Below are positions 49,047 to 59,649 of a stretch of 64,000 nt of DNA, piece after piece; position 1 is the first letter of the stretch; each line of letters starts with the position of its first letter. The position numbers and the translations under genes were made by a program. Below the pieces are notes generated by a model. That model was given only the letters and a program-made list of their open reading frames with translations. It did no database searches and was not told where the DNA came from. Origin of the DNA: a virus. The stretch is from the IMG/VR virus record IMGVR_UViG_3300025889_000073, positions 64,001 through 128,000 of that record. The stretch is one strand, 5' to 3'.

Positions 49047-49298
49047 ATGCCTATAAATGTTACAATAAACACGACATCGAACCAACAAGTTCAATTAAAA
49101 CCGCCTCCGAAGACTCAGGTTACTGTTTCGAACGCTAGACAACAATATGAACTGAACGATTTAGTTGACGTTGATACGAGTGGTTCCGACAACGGAGAAG
49201 TCTTACAGTTCGATTCGGCAAATAATAAATACATCATAGCGGAACCAACAAATTTAAACTCAAATAACATTACCAACGTAAATGGCGGTCTTTTTTAA
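49047..49298 (+). CDS. Small virion protein
   Basis: L.DL.DVD...NG..L.FD repeat unit; ends NGGLF. Confidence 0.6.
   Translation: MPINVTINTTSNQQVQLKPPPKTQVTVSNARQQYELNDLVDVDTSGSDNGEVLQFDSANNKYIIAEPTNLNSNNITNVNGGLF
49224..49231 (+). promoter_or_regulatory. Possible late promoter AATAAATA upstream of the fibre cluster
   Basis: NATAAATA match inside the upstream gene, about 80 nt before ATG 49311. Confidence 0.4.
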
Positions 49299-49310
49299 TA
49301 GGAAATAAAA

Positions 49311-50942
49311 ATGGCAAACACAGTAATTCAGTTAAAATGGTCGGAGGTAACAAACACTCCAACAACACTAAATGTCGCTGAACCTGCTTATTCAAATATT
49401 TCCAATAAACTGTTTATTGGATTATCAGATTCTAGTGTAATTGCCATTGGTGGTAAACATTATACAGACATTATTGATGCGGCTACTGCACAAGACACAG
49501 GAGATACCTTAGTTTTAAGGGATGCAGATGGTTCTTTTAGTGCAAATATAATTACTGCTAATGGTATTACCGCTAATATAACCGGTTCAGCAGATTCTCT
49601 AACAACACCTAGATGGTTTAATATCAATGGTGATGTTGACGATTCAAATACAAGTTTTAATGGCACGGCTAATGTTGACATAACCTTAGAATTAAAGAAT
49701 ACTGGTGTTACTGCTGGTGATTATGGTGGATCTTCAAACATTCCTGTTTTTAATGTCGATGAAGACGGTCGAATTGTTTCTGCTGCCAATGTTAGTATCA
49801 CAACATCTTTAGGTATTGCGGCTAATACTGGAACCGATAGTATTGCTCTTGCTACCGATACACTCACCTTTGAAGGTTTAGATGGTGTTGTTACTGAAAT
49901 TGATGCTACTGCAAATAAAGTTAAGTTCAACGTTGACAGTACAGTTATCAGAACATCTGGCGGACAAACAATTGGTGGTGATTTAGCAATTACAGGTAAT
50001 CTTGTAATTAGTGGTGAAACAATCACACAAGATGTATCAACAATAAGAACAGAAGATGCTTTGATAGAAATGGCAGCAAACAATGCTGCTGATGCTGTTG
50101 ATATTGGTTTCTTTGGTCAATACAATGATGGTGTTGACAAATATACAGCTTTCTATCGAGATGCTTCCGATTCTGGCAATTACAAATTATTGGTTAATGG
50201 CACAGAAAAACCACTTGCGGCTAATACTGTAAATGCTACTGCTTTCGCAGTAGGAACTTTGGTTGCAAATATAACTGGAGGAACAGTTTCAGGTTTAACT
50301 TCTGACATTTCAGTTTCCGATGGTGGTACTGGCGCAAGTTCATTTACTGCTGGTCAAATGCTTGTTGGTGATGGAACAAATGCTCTACAGTCATTAGCTA
50401 ATACAGGCACCGCAGGAACATATGCTAATGCATCACACGTTCCTGTAATTACAACAGACGATTATGGTCGTGTTTCTGGTGTGACGCCCACAGCAATTTC
50501 TATTGATGCAGCTGCAATTTCTAGTGGCACATTACCGATCAGCCGTGGTGGTACAAACCAAACATCATTTACTTCTGACCAATTAGTAACCTTTGATGGT
50601 ACATCTTTAGCATCTAGAGCAAATGTATCTCAAACAGCTACGGGTTTGTTGGGTGAAGCAAATACAATTACTTCTCTTTCTTTCGATGGTATAACTGGTG
50701 GTATTACCGCTTATACTTCAGACTTAATATCAATTGGTGCCGCTCAAGTTACTTCAGGTACTTTAATTGTTGAAAGAGGAGGTACAGGAGCATCTTCGTT
50801 TACTGCTAATGGTGTTGTTATTTCTGGAACTACTTCAACCAGTGCTCTTAGCACTTTAACTTCATCAACGGAAGGTCATGTTTTACAAATAAATGCGTCA
50901 GGATTACCAACATTTGCACATTTGCAAGGTGGAACATTCTAA
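49311..50942 (+). CDS. Tail fibre-like protein
   Basis: MANTVIQLK.S..P..L...E.AY..KLFIG N-terminus; repeated G.Y...P...VD..GR and SGTL...RGGTG.SSFT units; DIGF.G.Y; ends GGTF. Confidence 0.75.
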   Translation: MANTVIQLKWSEVTNTPTTLNVAEPAYSNISNKLFIGLSDSSVIAIGGKHYTDIIDAATAQDTGDTLVLRDADGSFSANIITANGITANITGSADSLTTPRWFNINGDVDDSNTSFNGTANVDITLELKNTGVTAGDYGGSSNIPVFNVDEDGRIVSAANVSITTSLGIAANTGTDSIALATDTLTFEGLDGVVTEIDATANKVKFNVDSTVIRTSGGQTIGGDLAITGNLVISGETITQDVSTIRTEDALIEMAANNAADAVDIGFFGQYNDGVDKYTAFYRDASDSGNYKLLVNGTEKPLAANTVNATAFAVGTLVANITGGTVSGLTSDISVSDGGTGASSFTAGQMLVGDGTNALQSLANTGTAGTYANASHVPVITTDDYGRVSGVTPTAISIDAAAISSGTLPISRGGTNQTSFTSDQLVTFDGTSLASRANVSQTATGLLGEANTITSLSFDGITGGITAYTSDLISIGAAQVTSGTLIVERGGTGASSFTANGVVISGTTSTSALSTLTSSTEGHVLQINASGLPTFAHLQGGTF

Positions 50943-50965
50943 ATTTAAAATGAAAAGGAAATATT

Positions 50966-51466
50966 ATGAGTGCAGAGTTTTCAAACAAATACCAGGAGAT
51001 TTTATTTGACAATTTTATATCGATTGTTAAACAAAATTTAATGTTTCAAACTCAAATACAGTTAACGGAAATTGCTGTAAAAGAGCGTGATGAATTGAAA
51101 GAAAAATATGATAAAACTTTAAAAGATTTTAATGAAGCAAAAAATGAAATTGCTCATTTAAAACCTTTTAAAAATAAAGTAGTTGACAATAATACAAATT
51201 TAGAAGACACTAAAAGAATTCAAGGCGCTTTAAACGATTCAATGAAAAAAATTAATGTCTTAAAAGAACAATTTGAAGAATTGAAAAAGTATACTACTGT
51301 TTTAGAATCTTTAATTCCTCCAACAAAATTGAAAAAAATAAAACCTGTAGTTGAAAAACAAAAAAGTGAAGTTGTGATAGATACAATTAAAACTCAATCT
51401 CAACAACCTCAAGAAGTTTTGGTAGAAACACAAGAACCAAAACTTGATAATATAAGTACATTTTAA
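50966..51466 (+). CDS. Coiled-coil hypothetical protein
   Basis: Lys/Glu-rich heptads; SD AAAGGA. Confidence 0.65.
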   Translation: MSAEFSNKYQEILFDNFISIVKQNLMFQTQIQLTEIAVKERDELKEKYDKTLKDFNEAKNEIAHLKPFKNKVVDNNTNLEDTKRIQGALNDSMKKINVLKEQFEELKKYTTVLESLIPPTKLKKIKPVVEKQKSEVVIDTIKTQSQQPQEVLVETQEPKLDNISTF

Positions 51467-52149
51467 TGTCTAATACAATAATTCAGTTAAAATACTCTAC
51501 AGAAACAGGAAATGTTCCTGTTGATTTGGCTAATGGTGAATTAGCTATAAATCATGCTGATGGTAAATTATTTTTCTTAGGTCAAGGCGGTGTTACCTAT
51601 ACAGATATATATTCTGGTCCAGGTGGATTAGATACTGAAATCCAATTTAATGATTCGGGTATATTAAATGGTAATTCGGGTTTAACATTTGATAAAACAA
51701 CAGCAACATTAACTGTTGGAACTACAAATGTAACTGGAAGAATAGAAGCTTCTTATACTCATGCAAATGGAGCTTTTGATAAAGCAAATGATGTTGGTAC
51801 ATTTTCTCAATCTGCTTATGATGCGGCCAATGCAGCACTAGGTGCAACATCAACACCTTTCACAGCAAATAGTTACTATTACAATGGGACAGGTTCGACA
51901 AGCGTTTTCTATTCACCTTTAGATGAAATTTTATCGGCAAATAATACAATGGTCACACTAGACGGATTGATACAAGTTCCGGGTTTACATTATGTAACAT
52001 CTGCTAATGCAGTATCTTTTTACTCCACACCAACACTAAATACTGTTATCGAAATCAGAACACTACAAAATTTAGCTTCTGGTGTTGAAGACCAAGTCGG
52101 TGCTTCTCAATCAGAATCTATTGCTTATGCAATAGCTCTTGGGGGTTAA
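51466..52149 (+). CDS. Tail fibre-like protein
   Basis: IIQLKYS..G.VP..LANGELAINH.DGKLFF, G.DTEIQFNDSG, DGLIQVP..Y, ends IAYAIALG. Confidence 0.7.
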   Translation: MSNTIIQLKYSTETGNVPVDLANGELAINHADGKLFFLGQGGVTYTDIYSGPGGLDTEIQFNDSGILNGNSGLTFDKTTATLTVGTTNVTGRIEASYTHANGAFDKANDVGTFSQSAYDAANAALGATSTPFTANSYYYNGTGSTSVFYSPLDEILSANNTMVTLDGLIQVPGLHYVTSANAVSFYSTPTLNTVIEIRTLQNLASGVEDQVGASQSESIAYAIALGG

Positions 52150-52157
52150 TAGGAAAA

Positions 52158-55100
52158 ATGGCAAAACAACTAATACATGATTATACATTTACACCTTCTG
52201 CAAATACGGTTGTAATTAATTCCGTAGTAAAAGAAGAACGATTATTATTGATTACCAATGTAAATAGTGGCATACCAATTTATTTGTTTAGTGACCCCGC
52301 AAAAAAATACAATTCAGTTACCCATGATTATGAAGCTGAAACGACAACGGTTGTTTTAGAATACAACTGTACTGCAATGACGGATAGTGACCCATTGCAA
52401 ATCTTTATCGAATCGGATGCAGCAACAATGGAAATGTCTGATACATTTCTTGATGCTGTTTCTAAAATCCGTGTTTCTACTCCAGAAAACTTAATTGATA
52501 CCGACTTTGAATACGGATTGCAATCAACAAAATGGGAAACATTAGAACGTGTCAAAAATATTCCAACATTTTTCAGTAGAACTGGAGATGATAGTTTAGT
52601 TATAACGGGAATGACCACTATTTCTGGTAGTGATGTTGTCACAGTATCTACTGAAGTTGAACATAATTTTGCTAAAGGTTATCCAGTACTTGTTGTAGGT
52701 TCAAAAAATATTACTTGTGATGGTGGATTTGTAGTTACTAATATTTTGAATTTAAATTCTTTTCAATACAAAGCAAAAGGTATACAAAATTTCACAGGTT
52801 CCATTCTAGATACCTATACGCAAGTTTTTCCAGCAAACAAATACCAAGGCACAGAATTTAAATTAGATAATATTAATTCTATTGTAACTGATGAAGCTGC
52901 TGGCGGTTCAAAATTAACAGTTACAACTGCTTTTCCTACAGCTTTTGCAAATAACACAAGTTTCTTTTTAACAAATAGTGTCAGTACATTAGAAGAAAGA
53001 ATTGATGCGGCCAATGCTGTTGTTTTTGATAATTTTGATTCATTAAGTATTTCGTCATATACATCAAATGTTTCAGGTTCAGTTGTTGGAAGCGCTAAAG
53101 GTTTAATAGACGTTGATGATTATATTGCAAGAGAAGCATTCTATTTTGATATGGCTGATGTTACTTTTAGTGGTTCTCCAAACTATACCTTAACTTTTCC
53201 TTACAAACATGGATTTGCTGATAAAACTTATGTTGTTTGGAATCCTGGCGCTGGTGAAACTTTATATGGAACCGATTCAGGATATTGGAACACAAATTTT
53301 GGCGGTGGCCAGATGTGGGCTGGATATGGTTATGTTCTTAGGAGAGTTGATGATTATACGTTTTGGTTGGAAAGAGGATGGAATAACACAAATCGAATAG
53401 CAGTAACACAACCTACAATACCTTCATATAACAATAGTACAACTAGAAGTTGTTTTATGAGAGGTTATTGGTTGGAGTATCACGGTTACTTTTACAGTAA
53501 TTATAGTATTTTTAATGGATATTACGAATGGCAAGTCTCCGGCCAAGCAAGTAAAGATCCAGCCTTGACTGTAGGAGGTTCAAACGCTACTCCTTGTGCT
53601 TTTTATAACATAAATCCTTATTTTACTCACCAATACACTTGGTCTGGAATGAATATTAGTGGTATGGGCACAACCAATGGTTATATTTCCGGTCAATATC
53701 TCTATAACCTCCGAGACCCCTATGATAATTACTATCGGTATTCTCCTTTTATCTATTATCCTTATGGATATATCCGTCAAGGATCCTATCTTCAAAATGG
53801 ATTTTATCAATATCGATACTATTATACTTGGTCGGCTGCATCCGGATCCAGTCCAGTAACTTTTGGTGCTGGGAGTCCTTATTTTATTATGGTTCCATTA
53901 GTATTAAATACAAACAGAAATACTTTTTATTTGGAAAACCATGGTTTGTCAACAGATGACCAGGTTAAAATGTCATATAGTGTTTCTGGATTAAGTCCAA
54001 TTCAAAATAGAGTTAGTATCGTAACAAACAATACTGAATATCCAATAGAATATGTTGACACAAATAGATTTAGATTAAAAAGTGATACAGGTACAATACT
54101 TCAACTTCAATCTCCAGGTTCAAACGGAACATTTACTTTTACATCTAATGTTGCAAATACATTATCTGACACAATTTATATACAAAATAGTTTATTAAGT
54201 GATAATACAGCTGTTATCTATAATGCAAATGGAAATTCTGATTTAGGAGGACTGTCAAACAATTCAACTTACTATGTTTTCCAAAAACAAAACAATAGAT
54301 TTAGATTGACTTCTACAGAAGGTGGTTTGGTTGGAAGTCCCTTAACAGTTTATCACAGCAGTTCAAATTATTCATTTGATTATATTTACACAGGTACTCA
54401 TGGAAAAACTTCTGCAAATAATGGAGATTTAGCAATATATACAGCTACAACTCCAATTGGCGGTTTAAAAAATGGAAATTATTATTATGTAAGATACTAT
54501 GATACAACTAGATTTACGTTGCACAGGTCTTATGCTGGTGCTGTAAACAATACAGACAAAATTAACTTAGCATATCCTTTTACTGGTACTGGTCAATTAC
54601 AATTTACATCAGTTGTTGATTTTTCTGCCGCAGGTACAGGAGAACATTTATTAACTGCAACAGAATTTGGTGCTGCAGATGGTGTTTATAAAATAACAAA
54701 TGATGTTTCTTCAAATACATTTGAGTTATTAACAAATTCCACAATTAAATCTAGAGATTATCAATTAGCAATTAGTACACTTGGTATGATTCCAGAGTTT
54801 AATGCAATTCGAGTTCCAGGCCATGGTTTCACACAAAAAACTCTTATTACATATGAAACAACAGGAACAGCAATAAATGGTTTAAACAATGCAGCTTCCT
54901 ATTATACATACGTTTTAGGTCCAGATTGGTTCTCACTTGCAAATACTGTTTCTGATATTGATACTGGTAATATAGTTCAATTTGATACTTCTGGTGCTAG
55001 TGGAACACATAGAATTTATACGAATTCTGTTTCTGGTGAAAAAGCTGGAAAAGGAACCATAACTGTATCAGCAACAGAAAAAGTGATTACTGGAACAAAC

Positions 55101-57515
55101 ACAAACTTCACTTCAGTATTTACTTCAGGTGATGATTTTGTAATTTATTATCCACCAGATACAACAACAATTTCCGTAACAGCAAACAATTTAAATGAAA
55201 CATTTACATATAGTGGTTCACACGGATATAGTGATGGTGATATAGTTAAGATTAGTTGGACTGGTACTGCAATTACAGGAATAAATCCTGATGTTTTCTA
55301 TTATCTAAATCAATCATCAACCACTTTGCCGTTGCAAGAATTCACATTACACCCAACATATAGTGATGCTATATCAGGAACAAATGTTATTACTTTTTCT
55401 TCAAACGGGTCCGGAGTTCAAAGTACCAAATATTCCGATGTTGGTACAAGATATGTTGATAAAATTGATTTTGTTAATGGCCAAACGCAAGTGTCATTGG
55501 AAAATGAAATTGTTGATTCTGCAACAGATGTAGAATATGCGATTCCTTCTGGTTTATTAATTCGTGCAGATGGATTTGCATTACATAGACCATATGATGG
55601 CGGTGTTGAATTGATTCCGTCATCTAATCCTGACGGAAATATGGTAAGACAAACAAGAAAATATTTCCGTTATCAATCTGGTAAAGGCATACAAGTTAGT
55701 TTAGCTGTTAATTTTAGTCCGACTACTCCAATTGATACTTTAACTAGAAGTGGAACAACAGCAACGATTACAACAAGATACCCACATCGACTTACTGCTG
55801 GTTTAAATGTTGTCGTTTCTGGTGCAACTACTGCTAGTGCAAATAATTATTGGAATGGTGAATTTACAATTGACACAACTACAGATTATGATTTTACGTT
55901 TACTTTACCTGGAACTCCTGATGAAACTACTGCTGGAGGTTTAATTGAATTTTATGTAAAATCTTGGCAAAATAGTTTGTTGCGTTGTGGTTTATTTGAT
56001 GACCAAAATGGATTGTTCTATGAGTATGATGGACAAGCTTTGTATGCGGTAAGACGAAGTTCAACAACACAAATTAGTGGAACTTCTTCTGTAACATATA
56101 AGAGTTCTTTAATTGTAGGAACAAATACAAAATATTCTTCACAACTATCAGCAGGTGAAAGAATCGTAATTAAAGGACAAACATATTTAATTACACAAAT
56201 TGATAGTGATACTCAAATGTATGTTTTACCAAGTTATACTGGTTCAACATTAGGTGGTGCAATCATCACAAAGATTATTGACACTAGAGTACCACAGTCA
56301 CAATGGAATATTGACAAGGCTGATGGAACAGGACCAACAGGATTCTCATTAGATATACATAAGATTCAAATGGCTTATATTGATTATTCTTGGTACGGTG
56401 CAGGTAAAGTCAGATTTGGATTTAAAGACCAAGACGGTATAGCAAGATATTTCCATCAGTTTGTACACGGAAATAAACAAACTGAAGCTTATATGCGTTC
56501 AGGTAATTTACCTTCCAGGTATGAGTTATTGAATATTGGAGAACCAACATATGTTCCGGCTTTAGCCCATTGGGGAACATCTGTTATTATGGATGGTAGA
56601 TTCGATGACGATAAGGCATACGTTTTTACCGCTTCGAGTACTCCGTTTAACTTATCTGGTTCTGTCACACTTGATTTAACTGCAAGAGTAGAAACAACAA
56701 GTTATTATTATAATATATCCGGTAATCAATTAAAAACTATTGGATACGCATTAGATACAACATCAAACACTTTGTTCAATGGTATTTCTGATGGCTTGGT
56801 AATAAGTGGTACTGGATTACAAGCTGGAACAAAGACTAGCAATCCATATAATTCAACTATCACTCCATATCAGCCGTATTTGGGGGCAATTTATTCTTCA
56901 ATAGGTTATAGTTCCAGAACCACCAGAAACTTAATTGTTTTGGATAGACAACCTACCGGCACGGCAGCTAATGGCACATATACAATAACATATCCGACAA
57001 CACAAACCGTTACGGGTGTTATACCATTGATTTCAATTCGATTGGCTCCTAGTGTTGATACCGGTTCACCAGGATTATTAGGTGAAAGAGAAATTATTAA
57101 CCGGATGCAATTGATTTTATCGAGTGTTGGTATTCTCTCAACACACACAGTTGAAGTTCAATTGGTATTGAATGGAACTTTAAGTACTAATACTTGGCAA
57201 CGAGTTAACAGTCCAAGTTTGAGTCAGTTGTTGTATCATAGTAATAAAGATACAATTTATGGTGGTGCTATTGCATATTCATTCCGAGCGCAAGGTGGTA
57301 CAGGAACAACAGGTCGTACACCTTCGTTAACGCAACAAGACCTCGGTGAAGTTGCAACATTAGGTAATTCAATACTTGGTGGTAACGGTACTTTCCCAGA
57401 TGGTCCAGACGTTTTGACTGTAACTGCTAGATTGATTGAAGATGCCTCGACAGTTTCCAGTACAAATCCATTTGAAATTACCGGCCGTATTTCTTGGTCA
57501 GAGAGTCAGGCATAA
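52158..57515 (+). CDS. Large virion structural/fibre protein with repeated beta modules
   Basis: YTFTP..LLLITNV; RVSTPENLIDTDFEYGLQSTKWE; repeated HG..GD..Y..I.GL.N...YYV...F.L modules; RQTRKYFRYQSGKG; YMRSGNLP.RYE; ISIRLAPSVD; ends W.E.QA. Confidence 0.75.
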   Translation: MAKQLIHDYTFTPSANTVVINSVVKEERLLLITNVNSGIPIYLFSDPAKKYNSVTHDYEAETTTVVLEYNCTAMTDSDPLQIFIESDAATMEMSDTFLDAVSKIRVSTPENLIDTDFEYGLQSTKWETLERVKNIPTFFSRTGDDSLVITGMTTISGSDVVTVSTEVEHNFAKGYPVLVVGSKNITCDGGFVVTNILNLNSFQYKAKGIQNFTGSILDTYTQVFPANKYQGTEFKLDNINSIVTDEAAGGSKLTVTTAFPTAFANNTSFFLTNSVSTLEERIDAANAVVFDNFDSLSISSYTSNVSGSVVGSAKGLIDVDDYIAREAFYFDMADVTFSGSPNYTLTFPYKHGFADKTYVVWNPGAGETLYGTDSGYWNTNFGGGQMWAGYGYVLRRVDDYTFWLERGWNNTNRIAVTQPTIPSYNNSTTRSCFMRGYWLEYHGYFYSNYSIFNGYYEWQVSGQASKDPALTVGGSNATPCAFYNINPYFTHQYTWSGMNISGMGTTNGYISGQYLYNLRDPYDNYYRYSPFIYYPYGYIRQGSYLQNGFYQYRYYYTWSAASGSSPVTFGAGSPYFIMVPLVLNTNRNTFYLENHGLSTDDQVKMSYSVSGLSPIQNRVSIVTNNTEYPIEYVDTNRFRLKSDTGTILQLQSPGSNGTFTFTSNVANTLSDTIYIQNSLLSDNTAVIYNANGNSDLGGLSNNSTYYVFQKQNNRFRLTSTEGGLVGSPLTVYHSSSNYSFDYIYTGTHGKTSANNGDLAIYTATTPIGGLKNGNYYYVRYYDTTRFTLHRSYAGAVNNTDKINLAYPFTGTGQLQFTSVVDFSAAGTGEHLLTATEFGAADGVYKITNDVSSNTFELLTNSTIKSRDYQLAISTLGMIPEFNAIRVPGHGFTQKTLITYETTGTAINGLNNAASYYTYVLGPDWFSLANTVSDIDTGNIVQFDTSGASGTHRIYTNSVSGEKAGKGTITVSATEKVITGTNTNFTSVFTSGDDFVIYYPPDTTTISVTANNLNETFTYSGSHGYSDGDIVKISWTGTAITGINPDVFYYLNQSSTTLPLQEFTLHPTYSDAISGTNVITFSSNGSGVQSTKYSDVGTRYVDKIDFVNGQTQVSLENEIVDSATDVEYAIPSGLLIRADGFALHRPYDGGVELIPSSNPDGNMVRQTRKYFRYQSGKGIQVSLAVNFSPTTPIDTLTRSGTTATITTRYPHRLTAGLNVVVSGATTASANNYWNGEFTIDTTTDYDFTFTLPGTPDETTAGGLIEFYVKSWQNSLLRCGLFDDQNGLFYEYDGQALYAVRRSSTTQISGTSSVTYKSSLIVGTNTKYSSQLSAGERIVIKGQTYLITQIDSDTQMYVLPSYTGSTLGGAIITKIIDTRVPQSQWNIDKADGTGPTGFSLDIHKIQMAYIDYSWYGAGKVRFGFKDQDGIARYFHQFVHGNKQTEAYMRSGNLPSRYELLNIGEPTYVPALAHWGTSVIMDGRFDDDKAYVFTASSTPFNLSGSVTLDLTARVETTSYYYNISGNQLKTIGYALDTTSNTLFNGISDGLVISGTGLQAGTKTSNPYNSTITPYQPYLGAIYSSIGYSSRTTRNLIVLDRQPTGTAANGTYTITYPTTQTVTGVIPLISIRLAPSVDTGSPGLLGEREIINRMQLILSSVGILSTHTVEVQLVLNGTLSTNTWQRVNSPSLSQLLYHSNKDTIYGGAIAYSFRAQGGTGTTGRTPSLTQQDLGEVATLGNSILGGNGTFPDGPDVLTVTARLIEDASTVSSTNPFEITGRISWSESQA

Positions 57516-59257
57516 TGGCATATCAAAAAGTTTCACCCGAATATATCGAAACACAAGGCTCTTTAGCTGGAGATATATTAACTTCGAACGGTTCGAATAC
57601 ATATTGGACAACACCTGATTATGTTTCGTCTTCAGCTGGAGGATGGATTTTAGGTGATATATTCATCAATAGTGGAACAGATTCGAATTCAAATAGTACA
57701 GGAGCTTTAAAAGTTGCTGGTGGTATTGGTGTTAGTGGAAATGTATTTGCCAATTCAGTTGAAGTTTTAGAACAAATTGATTTAACACCCAACGACCATA
57801 GAGATTATAAAGAAGGTCGTTTATTTTATGACTCGGAACATAAGACATTAAATTATTATAATGATGTTAATGCTGGATTTCCTATTGAACTTGGTGAAAA
57901 TGTTTTAATACGAATTTTTAATTCAACAAATGCTCAAATAAACATAGGCGCTCCTGTAACACTTTCAGGACTCACTACAGAAGGTGTACCAAAAGGAGTT
58001 TTAGCTGATGCTTCCACACCAACACTATATAACTTTTCTGGATTAGCTGGTCATAATATCGCTAACGGAACATACGGATATGTTGTTGCAGCCGGTATTG
58101 TTAGAGGCATGGACACTTCATCCTTAACTGAAGGTGGTCGAGCATTCGTTGGCTTTGCAACACCAGGTACTATTGTACAACCATCACCAAGTTATCCAAA
58201 TTATCCTATGTGTATTGGTTATGTTGCAAAATCTGATGCAGTAAATGGTATATTTGTTGTTGAGCAACAGAATCACTCCGTAAATTCTTTTAGAGTTTTA
58301 AATGACGCTAGAGTTGATGGCACACTAACAGCTGCAAATTTAGAAATTTTAGGAACACAAACTACTGTTGCTGTCAATAATCTTGAAGTTGTAGATACTT
58401 TTATTTATTTGGGCGGTGGTGATTCAATCACATCACCTAATGTTACTGGTGTTAATGGTTTAAATGACTTATCTTTTAAAGGACATTACGAAGGTTCTGG
58501 TACAATACAATTTTATGTTGAAATAGATGGAACATCACCCGATACATTTAAATGGTCTTATAATGATTTTGTTACTACAGAAGCATCAGCACAAACAATA
58601 ACAGGTCTTACTCAAACACTATCAAACGGCATTTCAGTTTTGTTTGAAGCAACTTCAGGACATACGTTGGGTGATAAATGGTGGGGTGAAGGTTCTCCAA
58701 TCAACACAGATATTGGTACAGTAGGCAATAGAAACGATAGTGCTATTGGAGGTCCTGGTTATACTCACATTGGTTGGTTCTTTGATGTAACAGATAATAA
58801 ATTTAAATTTTTTGATAGATATGATGACGAACCAGAAGGCACAATTGACCCAACATCAGGCACAGCAAATTGGCATTTAGCTAATTTGGAATTTGGAACA
58901 ACAAATACAATAACTTCAAATACTACAACATCCAATAGTCGAGTTTTAAACACAGGAACATTAACAGCAACAGATACAAGTTATTTCACATCTGGTGCCA
59001 ATTCAACATCAAATATTACAGGTGCAGTTGTTGTAACTGGAGGATTAGGTGTATCAGGAAATGTCTATTGTGCAGGAGAATTGGTTATAGAAGGTTCGGC
59101 AAATGGTGATATATCCGGAGTAGATAATATATATGCTAACAATGCTTATTTTAGTCTTGCTAACACAACAACCTTAGCATTTTCTGATGGTTCACAACAA
59201 ACTTCTGCTGGACTTAGCAAAGGCTTTTCAGTAGCATTTACTTTTTTAATATTTTAA
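57515..59257 (+). CDS. Tail fibre-like virion protein
   Basis: TAATG coupling to the upstream gene; duplicated S.S..TGA..V.GG.GVSGNV unit; EGRLFYD; GHTLGD.W. Confidence 0.7.
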   Translation: MAYQKVSPEYIETQGSLAGDILTSNGSNTYWTTPDYVSSSAGGWILGDIFINSGTDSNSNSTGALKVAGGIGVSGNVFANSVEVLEQIDLTPNDHRDYKEGRLFYDSEHKTLNYYNDVNAGFPIELGENVLIRIFNSTNAQINIGAPVTLSGLTTEGVPKGVLADASTPTLYNFSGLAGHNIANGTYGYVVAAGIVRGMDTSSLTEGGRAFVGFATPGTIVQPSPSYPNYPMCIGYVAKSDAVNGIFVVEQQNHSVNSFRVLNDARVDGTLTAANLEILGTQTTVAVNNLEVVDTFIYLGGGDSITSPNVTGVNGLNDLSFKGHYEGSGTIQFYVEIDGTSPDTFKWSYNDFVTTEASAQTITGLTQTLSNGISVLFEATSGHTLGDKWWGEGSPINTDIGTVGNRNDSAIGGPGYTHIGWFFDVTDNKFKFFDRYDDEPEGTIDPTSGTANWHLANLEFGTTNTITSNTTTSNSRVLNTGTLTATDTSYFTSGANSTSNITGAVVVTGGLGVSGNVYCAGELVIEGSANGDISGVDNIYANNAYFSLANTTTLAFSDGSQQTSAGLSKGFSVAFTFLIF

Positions 59258-59278
59258 ATTATAGATTAAGAGAAAAAT

Positions 59279-59638
59279 ATGGCAAATCCAAATTTACTTA
59301 ACATGACTGGAATGTACGGTGAAACTGCCGTAGCACAACTTACAACAGGCACAACAAGTTTGGTGACAAATGCTTCAGCATCTGGTACATTGGTTAAGAT
59401 AAACAGTTTAATTGTTTCCAATGTGGATGGAACAAATGCAGCAGACGTAAACGCATGGATATTAAGAAGTGCTGTTGCTTACAATATTGCTTCAACAATT
59501 TCTGTTCCGGCCGATGCAACTCTTGTTTTAATTTCAAAAGACACTTCAATTTATTTACAAGAAAACGACACTTTGCAATTGTCTGCTGGTACGTCTGGTG
59601 ACTTAGAAGTTGTTTGTAGTTATGAAGTTATATCATAA
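59279..59638 (+). CDS. Small virion-associated hypothetical protein
   Basis: MANPNL..G.T, KINSL.V.NVDGT.AAD, IASTISVPADATL..I.K...IYL.E.D, SYE.IS. Confidence 0.7.
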   Translation: MANPNLLNMTGMYGETAVAQLTTGTTSLVTNASASGTLVKINSLIVSNVDGTNAADVNAWILRSAVAYNIASTISVPADATLVLISKDTSIYLQENDTLQLSAGTSGDLEVVCSYEVIS

Positions 59639-59649
59639 GGTAATTAACC